Shown in pieces: positions 63,701-64,000 of a stretch of DNA of 64,000 nucleotides. A program made the position numbers and the translations under genes. Under the pieces are notes generated by a model. The model was given only the letters and a program-made list of their open reading frames with translations, ran no database searches and was not told the DNA's origin. The stretch's first letter is position 1. Each line of letters starts with the position of its first letter. The stretch spans positions 24,027,319-24,091,318 of the forward strand of contig OZ037768.1 in NCBI GenBank assembly GCA_964035545.1, in the 5' to 3' direction. This DNA is from Bugula neritina. Lineage: Eukaryota > Animalia > Bryozoa.

Positions 63701-63883
63701 CGAGACGCCACCCTCCCTAATGGCTGGATGATGCATCTCACACCGGAGGAACCTAAACTAATTTTCTTTCAAAATGATGAACTCAACCTGACGCAGTGGG
63801 ATGTCCCTGAAGGCCTCTGGGAAAAGATAACTCCCAATCAAAGGCGACTCATTCATGAAAATAAGTTAGACAGTGCGGGCTAG
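57755..63883 (+). CDS. Small SH2- and WW-domain adaptor protein (about 228 aa)
   Basis: Exons 57755-57850, 59528-59625 and 63394-63883, phases consistent. SH2: LPYYHGYINSSK|AVALLRHERPGTYLLRQS...FTISVIK...IYHFTV...FKRVVDLLQYY. Then CECG and a WW-like segment, LPNGWMMHLTPEEPKLIFFQNDELNLTQWDVP. Confidence 0.85.
57851..58900. repeat. Degenerate period-3 (ANT)n low-complexity tract
   Basis: TAATAC/TAATAG/TAGTAA-type triplet repeats; similar tracts lie at about 10100-11760 and 50950-51250. Confidence 0.75.
59898..60446 (+). mobile_element. Candidate LTR remnant with an adjacent polypurine tract, inside an intron of the SH2-WW gene
   Basis: A purine-rich tract, GGGTGGGGGAGGGGG (59883-59897), directly abuts TGTA... 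The 549-bp segment ends ...TACA (TG...CA termini) and is GC-richer than its flanks. No internal ORF or target-site duplication was confirmed. Confidence 0.35.
63140..63293. mobile_element. MITE-like foldback element
   Basis: Inverted arms GCTAGAAGCAGCACAGAGTTAGTGGTTACT (from 63157) and AGTCACCCCAACTCGGTGCTGCTTCTAGC (to 63274), with a 14-bp perfect core and imperfect outer CAGGTTGC / GCAACTG termini. Confidence 0.55.
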
Positions 63884-64000
63884 TCCCCCCTCTGGACGTG
63901 TTCATTTGTAGATAATAAAACTAGTCTATTTTTATCACTCATAGTATTTATTATAATATTTTTATGTGTTCGTATTTTGCTTTACTATTCCTGTGCAGTA

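Noticed and set aside
1-64000. tRNA, rRNA, snRNA or miRNA genes
   Set aside because: None were recognisable by eye; a tRNAscan-SE/Infernal run would be needed to exclude small intronic RNAs.

Overview
AT-rich, intron-dense animal genomic DNA. The gene content suggests a lophotrochozoan invertebrate, possibly a bryozoan; that is inference only. I hand-spliced eight protein-coding genes using GT-AG junctions and phase continuity: (1) the 3' part of an uncharacterised multi-exon gene ending in a His-pair/Cys domain (+, 2-7828); (2) an intronless class-A-like GPCR nested antisense in one of its introns (-, 1261-2226); (3) selenocysteine lyase SCLY (-); (4) SCAPER (+, about 29 coding exons); (5) the LIM-homeobox gene Islet (-); (6) ETFA (-); (7) an Hv1/TMEM266-family voltage-sensor protein with proton-channel signature residues (+); (8) a small SH2+WW adaptor (+). 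The main result is the order SCAPER-Islet-ETFA-Hv, which matches the human 15q24 block SCAPER-ISL2-ETFA-TMEM266 as I recall it. Here, however, the gene in the TMEM266 position keeps the S1 selectivity Asp of a true proton channel. Other observations: a candidate intronic alternative last exon giving a LIM-only Islet isoform, a 15-nt Islet microexon, a decayed Cys-rich (ShKT-like) antisense pseudogene interleaved with SCAPER, and many intronic minisatellites that copy splice junctions. No RNA genes or CRISPR arrays were recognised.
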